DNA from: Patescibacteria group bacterium
GTDB lineage: Bacteria; Patescibacteriota; Patescibacteriia; PEXW01
Length of the DNA: 64,000 nt
Reading direction: 5' to 3'
Assembly (NCBI GenBank): GCA_041665345.1
Contig: JBAYJA010000005.1
Span: 2,913-66,912, forward strand
Shown: positions 27,610 to 36,265 of the stretch, one piece after another
Position numbering within the stretch: position 1 is the first letter of the stretch
Layout: every line of letters starts with the position of its first letter
Position numbers and translations under genes: made by a program
Notes under the pieces: model-generated
What the model saw: the letters and a program-made list of their open reading frames with translations, nothing else
Told to the model about the DNA's origin: nothing
Database searches by the model: none

Positions 27610-28239
27610 CTATCGTTTTGTCGCGGGTTTCACCGCTTCAATGCTCAGCCAGCGTACTTCGCGGCGTTTACTTTCATCGGCAAAATGTTGAGATGCTTGA
27701 ATGCGGAAACCTGCAGTACGCAGAAGGCTGGTCATTTCTGCTTTGGTAAAGTAGGTGAAGAAGCGGGGCTGAGGGGCAAGTTGGTCGGTCACCCAACCAG
27801 AATCGCGTCCAATTTTTACGCGGACATGGAGAAGCCCACCAATCCGGAGGATGCGGAAGAAATGTCGCAATACCCGGGGAATGTCCTTTCTTTGCAGATG
27901 CAGAAGAACGGCATTTGCCCAAATCGCATCAAAGGTTTGCGGGCGAAAAAGTATTTTTCGTGCGTCCATGACTTTGAATACTGCTTTTGGCACCCGAGCT
28001 TTTGCAATTCTAATAAAAACCGTACTTGAATCAATGCCAGTCAGCCGAAAACCCTGCTGGACAAAAAAATTCGCATCTCGTCCACCAGCGCACCCAACGT
28101 CAAGAATATGTGCACCTGGGGTTAGATGCTTCGCAAAAGTTTTTCGCTCTGGTGGGGCGAGTGATTCCACTGCTGCGGTATACAAACGCCCAAGCGTGTT
28201 GTACGCCTGGCGCGTTTTTTGGTAGACCGTGTTTGGCAT
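27610..28239 (-). CDS. class I SAM-dependent methyltransferase
   Basis: ILDVGCAGGRDANFF (motif I); start ATG overlaps the gdhA stop by 1 nt. Confidence 0.6.
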   Translation of the reverse strand: MPNTVYQKTRQAYNTLGRLYTAAVESLAPPERKTFAKHLTPGAHILDVGCAGGRDANFFVQQGFRLTGIDSSTVFIRIAKARVPKAVFKVMDARKILFRPQTFDAIWANAVLLHLQRKDIPRVLRHFFRILRIGGLLHVRVKIGRDSGWVTDQLAPQPRFFTYFTKAEMTSLLRTAGFRIQASQHFADESKRREVRWLSIEAVKPATKR

Positions 28240-29516
28240 TACTTTACCAACCCCCGGGCTTGCATGGCATCCACAATGCGCTGGATGGCCAGCACGAAAG
28301 CTGCGGTGCGGAGGGAGATTTTCTTCTCTTGTGCAATGGCCCACACTTGGTCAAAGCTCTTTTCCATAATTGGCTGCAAACGACGCAGTACCTCGGCTTC
28401 CGTCCAACGGTCGCCCTGGTTATTCTGCACCCACTCAAAGTAGGAGACAGTCACGCCACCCGCATTAGCCAGCACGTCTGGCACCACCGGGATCCCCCGC
28501 TTCTGCAGACGCTCATCCGCATCGGGCGTCAGCGGGCCATTCGCCATTTCGACAATCGCCTTCGCTTTGATTTTCCCCACATTGTCTTTGGTGATGGCAT
28601 TCTCCAGCGCCGCCGGCACCAGCACATCCACATCCAGTTTCAAAAGTTGTTCGTTGGTAATTTGCTGGTAGTGCTCGCAGTCGCACACTGTACCCACGCA
28701 GTAGCAGCCATCAATGAGCCCTTTCTCCTTCTTCGCATCCATAATGTGCTTGGGATCCATGCCCTTGCGGCGCTTGTCCAGAATGCCACCGCGAGAGTCA
28801 GACACGGCAATCACTTTGTACCCAGCAGCGTGCAGCTTCTGGGCAATGAAGTAACCCACATTCCCAAAGCCCTGGATTGCAACTGTGGTCTTCCCAGGTT
28901 TCAGTTTCAGTTTTTTTGCCAAGGCTTCAAACACGTAGAATCCCCCTTGGCCAGTTGCTTCGGTGCGGCCTTCGGAGCCACCGATGGCAAGTGGCTTCCC
29001 GGTGAATGTTCCAGGTTGCCATTCGCCAGTCACCCGGCTAAATTCATCAACCATCCAGCCCATGATGGTGGGGTTGGTGTACACGTCTGGCGCCGGGACG
29101 TCACGGTTGGGACCCAGGTACTGGGCAAACGCTCGTACCCATCCGCGGGAGAGTTGCTCCAGTTCATGCTGGCTCAGTTTTTTTGGATCAACCGTCACGC
29201 CGCCTTTCCCTCCACCAAAGGGAATGCCCACCACTGCACACTTTACCGCCATCCAAAATGATAATGCCTTCACTTCATGCAAATCCGTTTTGGGGTGGAA
29301 TCGAATGCCGCCCTTGAATGGTCCGCGGGCATCGTTGTACTGCACCCGGTAGGCTTGGAACACTTTGGTGGATCCATCATCCATCCGCACCGGTACGCCG
29401 GATTCCAGTATGCGCGTGGGTCGTTCAAGTTGTCCCCGAATGTCTGTTGAGAGGTTGAGGATATCCGCAGCTTTTTTCAACTGGCTCATTGCACTGGTGA
29501 ATGGATTGGTAGGCAT
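28239..29516 (-). CDS. gdhA: glutamate dehydrogenase
   Basis: 425 aa; GGGKGG, the Glu/Leu/Phe/Val dehydrogenase N-terminal domain, and a Rossmann GFGNVG motif. Confidence 0.9.
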   Translation of the reverse strand: MPTNPFTSAMSQLKKAADILNLSTDIRGQLERPTRILESGVPVRMDDGSTKVFQAYRVQYNDARGPFKGGIRFHPKTDLHEVKALSFWMAVKCAVVGIPFGGGKGGVTVDPKKLSQHELEQLSRGWVRAFAQYLGPNRDVPAPDVYTNPTIMGWMVDEFSRVTGEWQPGTFTGKPLAIGGSEGRTEATGQGGFYVFEALAKKLKLKPGKTTVAIQGFGNVGYFIAQKLHAAGYKVIAVSDSRGGILDKRRKGMDPKHIMDAKKEKGLIDGCYCVGTVCDCEHYQQITNEQLLKLDVDVLVPAALENAITKDNVGKIKAKAIVEMANGPLTPDADERLQKRGIPVVPDVLANAGGVTVSYFEWVQNNQGDRWTEAEVLRRLQPIMEKSFDQVWAIAQEKKISLRTAAFVLAIQRIVDAMQARGLVK

Positions 29517-29790
29517 AGTAGTTACGAATTACGAATACGGTTACGAATTACGAAATAGAGACACGTCACCGCTCTGAGCGGGATCCCGCCTTCTTTAGCT
29601 CAGGTGCAGAAAGTGGCGGGAAAAATACGAATGGGGAAAGATTAGATAGAAGAAGAGCTATTGTCCTTCACCCAATCCGTTCTCCCCTTACCAAGGGGAG
29701 GGGCGGAGGGATAACCCTACTGAGAAAAACCTGACCCTTAAAAGAAAGATTATTACAACTGGCGTGATCTCTACAGCTCTATGGCTTTAC
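29517..29790 (-). repeat. modular intergenic repeat, copy E1 (TTCGTAA heptad array plus G-rich modules)
   Basis: ttacgaattacgaatacggttacgaattacgaa directly abuts the gdhA ATG; atacgaatggggaaag and ccccttaccaaggggagggg modules are shared with the other copies. Confidence 0.55.
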
Positions 29791-29794
29791 GGCT

Positions 29795-30769
29795 CTACAG
29801 CTTTTTCTTCGCGCCCCAGTCAATGAAGACTGCGGGTTTCCCCTGGGATTTTTGAATATACTCAAAAGCTTTCAGTGCAGCCTTTGCGCCTTCACCCGCG
29901 GAGACAACAACCTGCTTAAACGAGATGGTGGTCACATCCCCAGCGGCAAAAATACCTGGAACACTGGTTTCACAATCTTTCGAAATGACAATTTGATTTC
30001 GCTTATCCAGCTCCAGCAAACCTTTTACCAAGTCTGGCTTTACCACATATCCAATTTCTGGGAATACTCCATCCACAGCCAAGCGCTGCACTTTTGTTGG
30101 ATCATCTGCTCTGGCAACGACTATCTCTTTTACCATTTCATCTCCAACAATCTCCAAGACGTTTGAAAAAGGAGTCAACTCAACCGTTTCCGCGGCCACC
30201 ACTTTTTGCGCCAGCGTGGCTTCGCCAACCGGGCACTCGCCCAAGCAAATGAGGTAGACTTTCGCCGCAACGTTTGAGAGTAGTAACGCTGAGTCCATGG
30301 CCGAGTTGCCGCCACCCACTACCGCCACAGTTTTCCCGCGGAATTTTTCCGCATCGGCATACGCGCTGTACGAAACGCCATGGCCAATGAGCGCATCTTC
30401 ACCCGGGACATTCATATGCTTGTGTGACAAGCCGTACGCCAGAATGACTGCACGGGCAGTGAATTGATTCCGAGCAGTGAGCACGTGGAAGAATTCATCA
30501 TCAGCTTTCTCCACTTTGCGGACTTCGTCAATTTTCACCACCGCGCCAAATTTTTCCGCCTGCTCCCGAAACAGCGTGGACAGATCTCGCCCATGGATCA
30601 TGCCCATGCCGGGGTAATTCTCAATGTGCGGCGTGGTGGCTGCCTGACCGCCAATGTCTTGGGAGATGATGAGCGTCGACAAACCCCGACGTGTCGCAAA
30701 AATGCCAGCCGTTAAACCAGCTGCTCCACCCCCAACAATGATGACGTCCAGCACTTGCTCGTCGGCCAT
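29795..30769 (-). CDS. trxB: thioredoxin-disulfide reductase
   Basis: VIIVGGGAAGLTAG FAD site, CLGEC?-type redox-active region, second GGGNSAMD NADPH site; adjacent to trxA. Confidence 0.85.
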   Translation of the reverse strand: MADEQVLDVIIVGGGAAGLTAGIFATRRGLSTLIISQDIGGQAATTPHIENYPGMGMIHGRDLSTLFREQAEKFGAVVKIDEVRKVEKADDEFFHVLTARNQFTARAVILAYGLSHKHMNVPGEDALIGHGVSYSAYADAEKFRGKTVAVVGGGNSAMDSALLLSNVAAKVYLICLGECPVGEATLAQKVVAAETVELTPFSNVLEIVGDEMVKEIVVARADDPTKVQRLAVDGVFPEIGYVVKPDLVKGLLELDKRNQIVISKDCETSVPGIFAAGDVTTISFKQVVVSAGEGAKAALKAFEYIQKSQGKPAVFIDWGAKKKL

Positions 30770-30773
30770 ATAC

Positions 30774-31097
30774 TTACATGAAGCGTTTTACTTGTTCCAG
30801 AATTGCCGGCTTCTGCTGCAAGCCCGCAGCACGCCATACTTCTTTGCCGCCTTTGAAGATGGCCAACGTTGGAATGCTCATAATGCCATACTGCTGTGCG
30901 GTGGCGGGGTTTTCATCAACATCCAATGCTCCAACAGTAGCCTTATCCCCAAGTTCCTTCGCAATTTCTTCAATTATTGGTCCCTGCACCTTGCATGGCC
31001 CGCACCAGGTAGCCCAAAAATCAACCAATACGGGTTTTGCCATTTCGCCCAGTACATCACTCTGAAAATTCTGATCTGTAAACTGTCTACCTGACAT
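30774..31097 (-). CDS. trxA: thioredoxin
   Basis: WATWCGPCK active site; 107 aa. Confidence 0.9.
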   Translation of the reverse strand: MSGRQFTDQNFQSDVLGEMAKPVLVDFWATWCGPCKVQGPIIEEIAKELGDKATVGALDVDENPATAQQYGIMSIPTLAIFKGGKEVWRAAGLQQKPAILEQVKRFM

Positions 31098-31109
31098 AGG
31101 AGTTATTCA

Positions 31110-31487
31110 TTAAGGATGAGAACGTTTTGATAGTATAGAGGGGTCTTTTGTCCTGGGCAAACCCGTTTGTTTTAGATACTTTGATGACCAGCTGGACATG
31201 GCAATGAGGACTTTGGTAAAGGCCTTGCCGCTTTGGGTAAGGCGGTACTCAACACGGGGTGGGCGTTCCGCAAACCGTTCTTGGGAAATGACCCCACAGG
31301 CAGCCAAGGTTTTTAATTTCACGGTGAGGGTGCGAGTGCTTACGGGTGCAACTGCTTGCAGTAGCTCACTGAAACGTTGGGGCGATTTTTCTCGTAAACG
31401 TTCTAAGATGACAAATGATGCCCGGTCACTAAAAGTCGTGCATAGCCGGTCTACCTGGCAAACTGGAGCTTGTTTTAATACTTTCAT
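31110..31487 (-). CDS. HxlR-family winged-helix transcriptional regulator
   Basis: C-x2-RASFVILERL...TRTLTVKLKTL...RVEYRLTQSG matches HxlR/DUF24. The promoter TTGACA-17-TACACT ends about 7 nt before the ATG, so the transcript is probably leaderless. Confidence 0.7.
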   Translation of the reverse strand: MKVLKQAPVCQVDRLCTTFSDRASFVILERLREKSPQRFSELLQAVAPVSTRTLTVKLKTLAACGVISQERFAERPPRVEYRLTQSGKAFTKVLIAMSSWSSKYLKQTGLPRTKDPSILSKRSHP

Positions 31488-31493
31488 AAGTAA

Positions 31494-31521
31494 AGTGTAA
31501 GGCGCTTCGTGTTAGGTGTCA
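31494..31521 (-). promoter_or_regulatory. sigma70-type promoter of the HxlR gene (leaderless)
   Basis: Minus strand TTGACA - 17 nt - TACACT, then 6 nt to the ATG. TTCGTAA heptads lie immediately upstream. Confidence 0.5.
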
Positions 31522-31535
31522 AGCTTGAGTTTGGA

Positions 31536-31960
31536 TCATTACGAAATACGAAAAAAGATACGAATATACGAATTACGAAATAAAGGAGATACGCCCCGCG
31601 GAGCGGGGTCCGGCTTCGCCGGAAATATACGAATATACAAATGGGGAGAGGACGGGGGTAACTCCGAGTGCGGGTCTCTGTGCCCGCAGCTCGACCCGGG
31701 ATGGATTGGAGGATGGGGAGGGTTTGGGTGTAGAGGCTTGTTAGGTTGGAAGGTTAGGGTATGGGCTTCAGAAGGACAGACCCTTTCTTCCAAACCCTAC
31801 ACCCTAACGAGCATCCATACCCTTGCCTACCTCACCGGTCACTTTCCGAGCCGGCCACCGGCCCGGAGAGTGACCGACCCAGGTTCCACCCCGGGCTCCC
31901 TCCGGGGCAGAGCCCGCCCCAGAGGGAGGGAGGACAGAAAAGCCACGCCTCGTTGCTACT
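31536..31960 (-). repeat. modular intergenic repeat, copy E2
   Basis: Heptads (ttacgaaatacgaa...atacgaattacgaa), the conserved double hairpin gatacgccccgcggagcggggtccggcttcgccgga (31585..31625), GGGGAG/GGGTTTGGGTGTAG G-rich modules, and cctaacgagcatccatacccttgc at the far end. Confidence 0.6.
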
Positions 31961-32014
31961 ATGGCTGCAAAGCCAAACAAAAAACTGCCAGCATTTCTAC
32001 TGGCAGTATAGGTG

Positions 32015-32224
32015 TTACGCCTCTCCGGTGCCATTACACGTTTGGCACGTCCCAGTCCCGAGGCAAAAGGTACAAGGTCCATTCTCTGACGGAACCAGTT
32101 CTTGGTCGCCAATGATTTCATGAGCATCTCCAAGTTGCTGGCCGCTTCCGTGGCAGTGACTGCAAATGCCGCTGCCTTTCTGATCAGCCACATGCTCGCC
32201 ATCGCAGTCTAAACAGTTCGCCAT
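32015..32224 (-). CDS. small DnaJ-CR-type zinc-finger protein (four CxxCxGxG motifs)
   Basis: CLDCDGEH, CSHCHGSG, CTFCLGTG, CQTCNGTG; GGAGGA sits 6 nt upstream of the ATG. Confidence 0.5.
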   Translation of the reverse strand: MANCLDCDGEHVADQKGSGICSHCHGSGQQLGDAHEIIGDQELVPSENGPCTFCLGTGTCQTCNGTGEA

Positions 32225-32248
32225 ACTTTCCTCCTCAGGGCATTACCA

Positions 32249-32647
32249 CTACGCAATGCGTATTTCCACACTTGGGTTTCTTCGCTTACACTCTTCGGCA
32301 AGTAATCGCCGATGACAATGTGTTGCCGACTCTTCCACACATAGGACCGTCACATTTTCCACTAGCGCTAATCCAATAAGCTGTGCCATTCGTTTATTTG
32401 CAGGTCCAGAGCTTTGCAAATACGCTAGGTACCGCTGTTCAAACTCGTGCCAGCGAAGCTCACTTCGGTAGTATGCACCCACCAACTTTGCTGGTGGTGC
32501 CAATTCAACCCAATGCCCGTCCAAGGAAGTAACTGGAATTGCCGGGTCTGGGGTCTGTCCGTCGGGAAGAGTGTGACGGCTCATAACAGAGTAGTGTCGT
32601 CCATCATGTTCTGAAAAGGGATTTTTTATACATTTTGTAAGAAGCAT
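32249..32647 (-). CDS. DUF488-family protein
   Basis: C-terminal VTVLCVEESATHCHRRLLAE matches the DUF488 signature. Confidence 0.55.
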   Translation of the reverse strand: MLLTKCIKNPFSEHDGRHYSVMSRHTLPDGQTPDPAIPVTSLDGHWVELAPPAKLVGAYYRSELRWHEFEQRYLAYLQSSGPANKRMAQLIGLALVENVTVLCVEESATHCHRRLLAEECKRRNPSVEIRIA

Positions 32648-32788
32648 TATTCCTCCCAGGGCTACTTTGCTTTAGCATATCTCCGCTGGAAAACTTTCTC
32701 AAGGAAGAAGTATGCCTTTTAATACTTTACTAATAAAAGTATTAAAAAAGACCAGGGCATGTACTGGTCTTTTAAAAAATACTGAGCT

Positions 32789-33532
32789 TTAAGTTGCTAG
32801 CAATGCGAGTGCCTGCTGAACGTACGTTTTTGCTTTACGAAGATCCAAATGGTCATTCGCGTCACGGAGCCTTCCCTGCGCGTCAATGCTGCAATCCGCA
32901 AAAGTTCTAAACAACTTCTTGAGCGTGCTGAGATTATTTCCCTCTAATCCACCGGCGACCCCCATCCCATAATTGCCTAAGGCTTTTTCGGTAAACTTCC
33001 AGGCAAGTTCGGGGTCAATCGCTTTCCCCTCTCCTCCACTAAGGTCAAAAAGTATATCAGTGGCTATCCCTTCGTACTTCTGTGTCTCATCTGCACACGC
33101 ATCAATATCCCTATCGAATTCCTGCAGCGCATCGCGCCCAATTTGGAGCACCAGCCTTGCCTTCGGGTACACTTTTCGAAACCTCTGCAGTACCCGTGAG
33201 TCTGGCCAGGCGATATTCAGCTGCAGCCCGTCGCAGTCTTTCCCTGCCAGCTCATACGCGTAGGCCATTTGGTGAAAAAGTCCAATGCTGTCGCTTGTGT
33301 AGTAGTGAAGAAGGTTCAGAATACCTTTTCTTTTTGGAAAAATCTTTTCAATTTCCAATCGGGATGGTGTTTGATTTGGGAAAAGGTCTGGCTCACCAGC
33401 CAGGGTTTTGTTTGATGCAAGCACACCAAGCATCAAGTCATGGCTACATACTTCAGGCAATAGTCGAGCCAAGGTCAAAGCCTGGTGCCTTGATGTAATG
33501 CCTGTTACACCAATGTACGGTCTATTATTCAT
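32789..33532 (-). CDS. TIM-barrel protein, phosphoribosylanthranilate-isomerase-like
   Basis: IGVTGITS near the N-terminus and GVAGGLEGNNL near the C-terminus resemble PRAI. Start moved to MNNRPY (33532); the ORF's first 26 codons are a translation of the 22-bp palindrome. Confidence 0.4.
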   Translation of the reverse strand: MNNRPYIGVTGITSRHQALTLARLLPEVCSHDLMLGVLASNKTLAGEPDLFPNQTPSRLEIEKIFPKRKGILNLLHYYTSDSIGLFHQMAYAYELAGKDCDGLQLNIAWPDSRVLQRFRKVYPKARLVLQIGRDALQEFDRDIDACADETQKYEGIATDILFDLSGGEGKAIDPELAWKFTEKALGNYGMGVAGGLEGNNLSTLKKLFRTFADCSIDAQGRLRDANDHLDLRKAKTYVQQALALLAT

Positions 33533-33591
33533 GTAAAACTCCTTTGTTGGTTTCTTTTCTTTCACCCTAAAGGTGATATCAGAAAAAAGCA

Positions 33592-33612
33592 ATTGTTCCA
33601 CGTGGAACAATC
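33592..33612. promoter_or_regulatory. palindrome AATTGTTCCACGTGGAACAAT (copy 1), about 60 nt upstream of CDS 32789..33532
   Basis: Exact copy of the palindromes at 34167 and 34442. Confidence 0.55.
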
Positions 33613-33733
33613 AAATTTAAATCATTCACGTGTATTAGCATGTACGATCTTTTTTCTCAATCGGGGACAAGCCAATAAGACCACCATTCTCGATTAGGCA
33701 GTTATTAGTGCTGCATTAAAATCTCTGAATCTT

Positions 33734-33869
33734 GGGGTCCCCGCGAACGTGGCGCGCAACCCCGCTACGGGGTGAGCACGCGTTTGTGGGGTAAAGCGAG
33801 GCTTCGCGCGGAGTCCGGAGTGGAGTCGTAGCAACGGCTACACGCAGGGCGGAGCGCGAAACGAGTAGC
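33734..33869 (-). repeat. tRNA-trailer element copy T5 (downstream of tRNA-Ala GGC, separated by a hairpin-rich insertion)
   Basis: Minus strand: gctactcgtttcgcgctccgccctgcgtgtagccgttgctacg...cgcgaagcctcgctttaccccacaaacgcgtgctc...gcgcgccacgttcgcggggacccc; same family as T1-T4. Confidence 0.6.
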
Positions 33870-34060
33870 TGCCCTTCGACTCCTCGTCTGACTCGTCGCT
33901 CAGGGCGCTCGACTCGAAAAATGGCTTGCCGGCCGAAGCCCGAGGAGGATCATTAGTCCTCCTACGCTCAGAAGCTTCGGCCTACGCCGACCGAAGTCGG
34001 CTCTGGCCGACGTAGGTCGGAGGACAGCCTTCGCCCTCGATAATGCTCGAGGGCGAAGGC
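33870..34060 (-). repeat. about 190-nt hairpin-rich insertion between tRNA-Ala(GGC) and trailer T5
   Basis: Contains at least four strong stem-loops, for example ccttcgccctcgagcattatcgagggcgaagg, cgtaggaggactaatgatcctcctcg and gacgagtcagacgaggagtcg. Confidence 0.45.
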
Positions 34061-34136
34061 TGGTGGACCTCAGGAGACTCGAACTCCTTACCTCTTCCAT
34101 GCCATGGAAGCGCTCTACCAGATGAGCTAGAGGCCC
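34061..34136 (-). tRNA. tRNA-Ala (anticodon GGC), CCA encoded
   Basis: Reverse complement gggcctctagctcatctggtagagcgcttccatggcatggaagaggtaaggagttcgagtctcctgaggtccacca folds as a cloverleaf; G3:U70 Ala identity pair; anticodon loop aTGGCat. Confidence 0.85.
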
Positions 34137-34166
34137 ATATTGGGCGTACTTTAACATACCTACCAT

Positions 34167-34188
34167 AATTGTTCCACGTGGAACAATT
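34167..34188. promoter_or_regulatory. palindrome AATTGTTCCACGTGGAACAATT (copy 2), about 30 nt upstream of tRNA-Ala(GGC)
   Basis: Perfect 22-bp inverted repeat with a CACGTG core. Confidence 0.55.
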
Positions 34189-34201
34189 GTAACTAATCCC
34201 T

Positions 34202-34338
34202 GGATCCCGCGAACGTGGCGCGCACCCTGAGCACAGCCGAAGGGGAGCACGCGTTCGTGGGGAAAGGGGCAACCTTGTGGAGGGTGTAGTGGGGTGGACT
34301 TGCTCTGCCACACGAAACCCGACGCAAGGATTGACCCG
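34202..34338 (-). repeat. tRNA-trailer element copy T6 (after tRNA-Ala CGC), with a diverged 5' half
   Basis: 3' half ccccacgaacgcgtgctc...gcgcgccacgttcgcgggatcc matches the family; the 5' half is diverged. Confidence 0.5.
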
Positions 34339-34412
34339 TGGTGGACCTGGGGAGAATCGAACTCCCGTCTCAGCAATGCGAATGCCGTGTTCTACCACTG
34401 AACCACAGGCCC
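34339..34412 (-). tRNA. tRNA-Ala (anticodon CGC), CCA encoded
   Basis: Reverse complement gggcctgtggttcagtggtagaacacggcattcgcattgctgagacgggagttcgattctccccaggtccacca; G3:U70; anticodon loop tTCGCat. Confidence 0.8.
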
Positions 34413-34441
34413 ATATTTGGCTTAGGTAAGCGTTATTTTCT

Positions 34442-34463
34442 AATTGTTCCACGTGGAACAATT
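34442..34463. promoter_or_regulatory. palindrome AATTGTTCCACGTGGAACAATT (copy 3), about 30 nt upstream of tRNA-Ala(CGC)
   Basis: Exact 22-bp palindrome. Confidence 0.55.
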
Positions 34464-34570
34464 AAATTTCAATAATTTGGCTTTATCCTGACCCAAAGCC
34501 ACCTTCTCTTAGCCTGGGTCAAGGGACCCAGGCCACCCACTTTTGAGCTATTCTTTAAGAGTACTAAAAT

Positions 34571-34721
34571 CTTCGGGGGTCCCCACAGATGTGGCGCGCA
34601 GTCTCCCGAGCGTAGTCGAGGGGGACGAGCACGCGTCTGTGGGGTAAAGCGAGGCTTCGTGCGACGGGCGGAGCGGATTCGGTAGCAACCGGATACGCGC
34701 AGCTCTGAGCACGAAACGAGC
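34571..34721 (-). repeat. tRNA-trailer element copy T4 (after tRNA-Arg CCU)
   Basis: Minus strand: gctcgtttcgtgctcagagctgcgcgtatccggttgctaccgaatccg...cacgaagcctcgctttaccccacagacgcgtgctc...gcgcgccacatctgtggggacccccgaag. Confidence 0.65.
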
Positions 34722-34796
34722 TGGTGCCCCCGGAGGGAATCGAACCCCCATCTCTCCCTTAGGACGGGATTGCTCAATCCATTGAGCTACAGGGGC
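34722..34796 (-). tRNA. tRNA-Arg (anticodon CCU), CCA encoded
   Basis: Reverse complement gcccctgtagctcaatggattgagcaatcccgtcctaagggagagatgggggttcgattccctccgggggcacca; cloverleaf with anticodon loop gtCCTaa. Confidence 0.75.
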
Positions 34797-35106
34797 AAAA
34801 AATCCCTTATTTTAGTTACTTATTAGAGTCGCATTATGTAAACGAGCCGCTACCCTATCGACAAAACCATTTCTATGGTCAAAGTAGAGGACTGTACCAA
34901 AAGCAACAGCGATGAGAATGAGAAGAATGTAGAGCTTCTTCAAATCCTTTTTGATATATTGTGCTTGGTCCATAGGCGTTGGTTATGCGTAAGGGATTGT
35001 ACAGATGGTTTTGGTTTTCATCAATGCCAAAAGCCCTCAGCCTTTCGTTTTCCCAGTAAATACTATACCTTGAAAGTGTCTTCCTTTTCACATTGACGAT
35101 ATTCCT

Positions 35107-35469
35107 ATGTTCAAGAATGACGCAGCAGCAAGTAAAGTTGGCGACACAATTATTGGTCCTTCAGTGAAAGTCGAAGGTCATTTTGTTGGTGAAGGAAATG
35201 TGTCTGTAGAAGGCCAGTTGCAGGGCAGCCTGAAAACCAAACACAACGTCGCAATAGGTGCGGCTGCGGTTGTGAAAGCTGATGTTGAAGGAGTGGATAT
35301 TTTTCTCGCTGGTGATCTCACTGGTAATGTGAAGGCAACGGGCAAATTTACTCTCACAAGCAGCGCCCGGCTTACGGGGAATGTTGAAGCAGCAAGCTTG
35401 AGTGTAGAAGAGGGTGCCCGCATTTCTGGAAAGTGTTCCATTGGTGGCGGTGCCAAGGAAGTGAAGTAG
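35107..35469 (+). CDS. bactofilin (CcmA-like cytoskeletal protein)
   Basis: 120 aa of repetitive VxGxVxG beta-helix units (VKVEGHFVGEGNVSVEGQLQGSL...) typical of the bactofilin DUF583 domain. Confidence 0.75.
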   Translation: MFKNDAAASKVGDTIIGPSVKVEGHFVGEGNVSVEGQLQGSLKTKHNVAIGAAAVVKADVEGVDIFLAGDLTGNVKATGKFTLTSSARLTGNVEAASLSVEEGARISGKCSIGGGAKEVK

Positions 35470-35472
35470 CGC

Positions 35473-36219
35473 ATGTACACGTACATCATTGAGGCAGAAG
35501 CTGCCGCGAAGAAGTACGAAATGGAGCTTGCAAGAATTGAAGCTCGAACTTTGGAGTTGCACATGCCCGGCCGTTTTGAAAAACTTACTATTCTTAAAAG
35601 TCTTCGCGAAATTATTGCTGATGCTGTGAAGCAGAAGGCTGAAACGATTGTGGTCATTGGTAGCGACAAAATTGTGAGTTTAGCTGTAACCGAAATTGCG
35701 CCACTTGGTGGAACGCTTGGCATCATTCCAGTTGGTGGGCCGTCAAACATCGCGCATGCGTTGGGTATTCCCGACGGCGTGGCCGCGTGTGATACGCTCT
35801 CCGCCCGGATTCGGGAGCAGCTGGATTTAGGCAAAGTGAATGGCCGGTACTTTCTGTTTGGCGTAGATATTCCAGATGCACCTTCACTCACCTTAGAGTG
35901 CGATGGACAATTTCATGTTTCCACTGCTTCGCCTTCCTCCATTTCCATTCGAAACTTTGGTGATGACAGTGACCCATGCGATGGGCGTTTGGAGGTTGTG
36001 GTTCGGCCCAAAGTAGAAGGTGGTTTTTTTCAGCGGTTCAGCCAGCGGACATTTTCCAAAGCCAGTGTTTTCCCTTTTAAGAAAGTGACCATCCGCTGCC
36101 CTGGGGATAGTGTTCCCATTCAAGAAGCCGGACAGACGATTGTGAAAACCCCAGCGACGGTGGAAGTTGCTCCTGCAAAGCTAAAAGTTATTGTAGGGAA
36201 GCAGCGATCGTTTGCATAA
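35473..36219 (+). CDS. hypothetical protein, possibly a DAGK-catalytic/NAD-kinase-like fold
   Basis: IVVIGSDKIV...GIIPVGGPSNIAHALG resembles the GGDG...IPxGtgN core of lipid kinases; weak. Confidence 0.35.
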   Translation: MYTYIIEAEAAAKKYEMELARIEARTLELHMPGRFEKLTILKSLREIIADAVKQKAETIVVIGSDKIVSLAVTEIAPLGGTLGIIPVGGPSNIAHALGIPDGVAACDTLSARIREQLDLGKVNGRYFLFGVDIPDAPSLTLECDGQFHVSTASPSSISIRNFGDDSDPCDGRLEVVVRPKVEGGFFQRFSQRTFSKASVFPFKKVTIRCPGDSVPIQEAGQTIVKTPATVEVAPAKLKVIVGKQRSFA

Positions 36220-36265
36220 AAAAAGAGATGCTGGGAGCATCTCTTTTTTGCAAAGGGCGGTTTTT

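Noticed and set aside
28026-29261. 411-aa plus-strand ORF antisense to gdhA
   Set aside because: It is opposite a very well-supported glutamate dehydrogenase. Its His/Leu/Arg-rich translation has no motifs.
33900-34777. ORFs 33900..34376, 33982..34461, 34469..34777 and 34548..34751 (minus strand)
   Set aside because: They overlap three tRNA genes and the GC-rich trailer repeats. Their N-termini (MFHVEQL) are translations of the 22-bp palindrome, and they have no ribosome-binding site and an odd composition.
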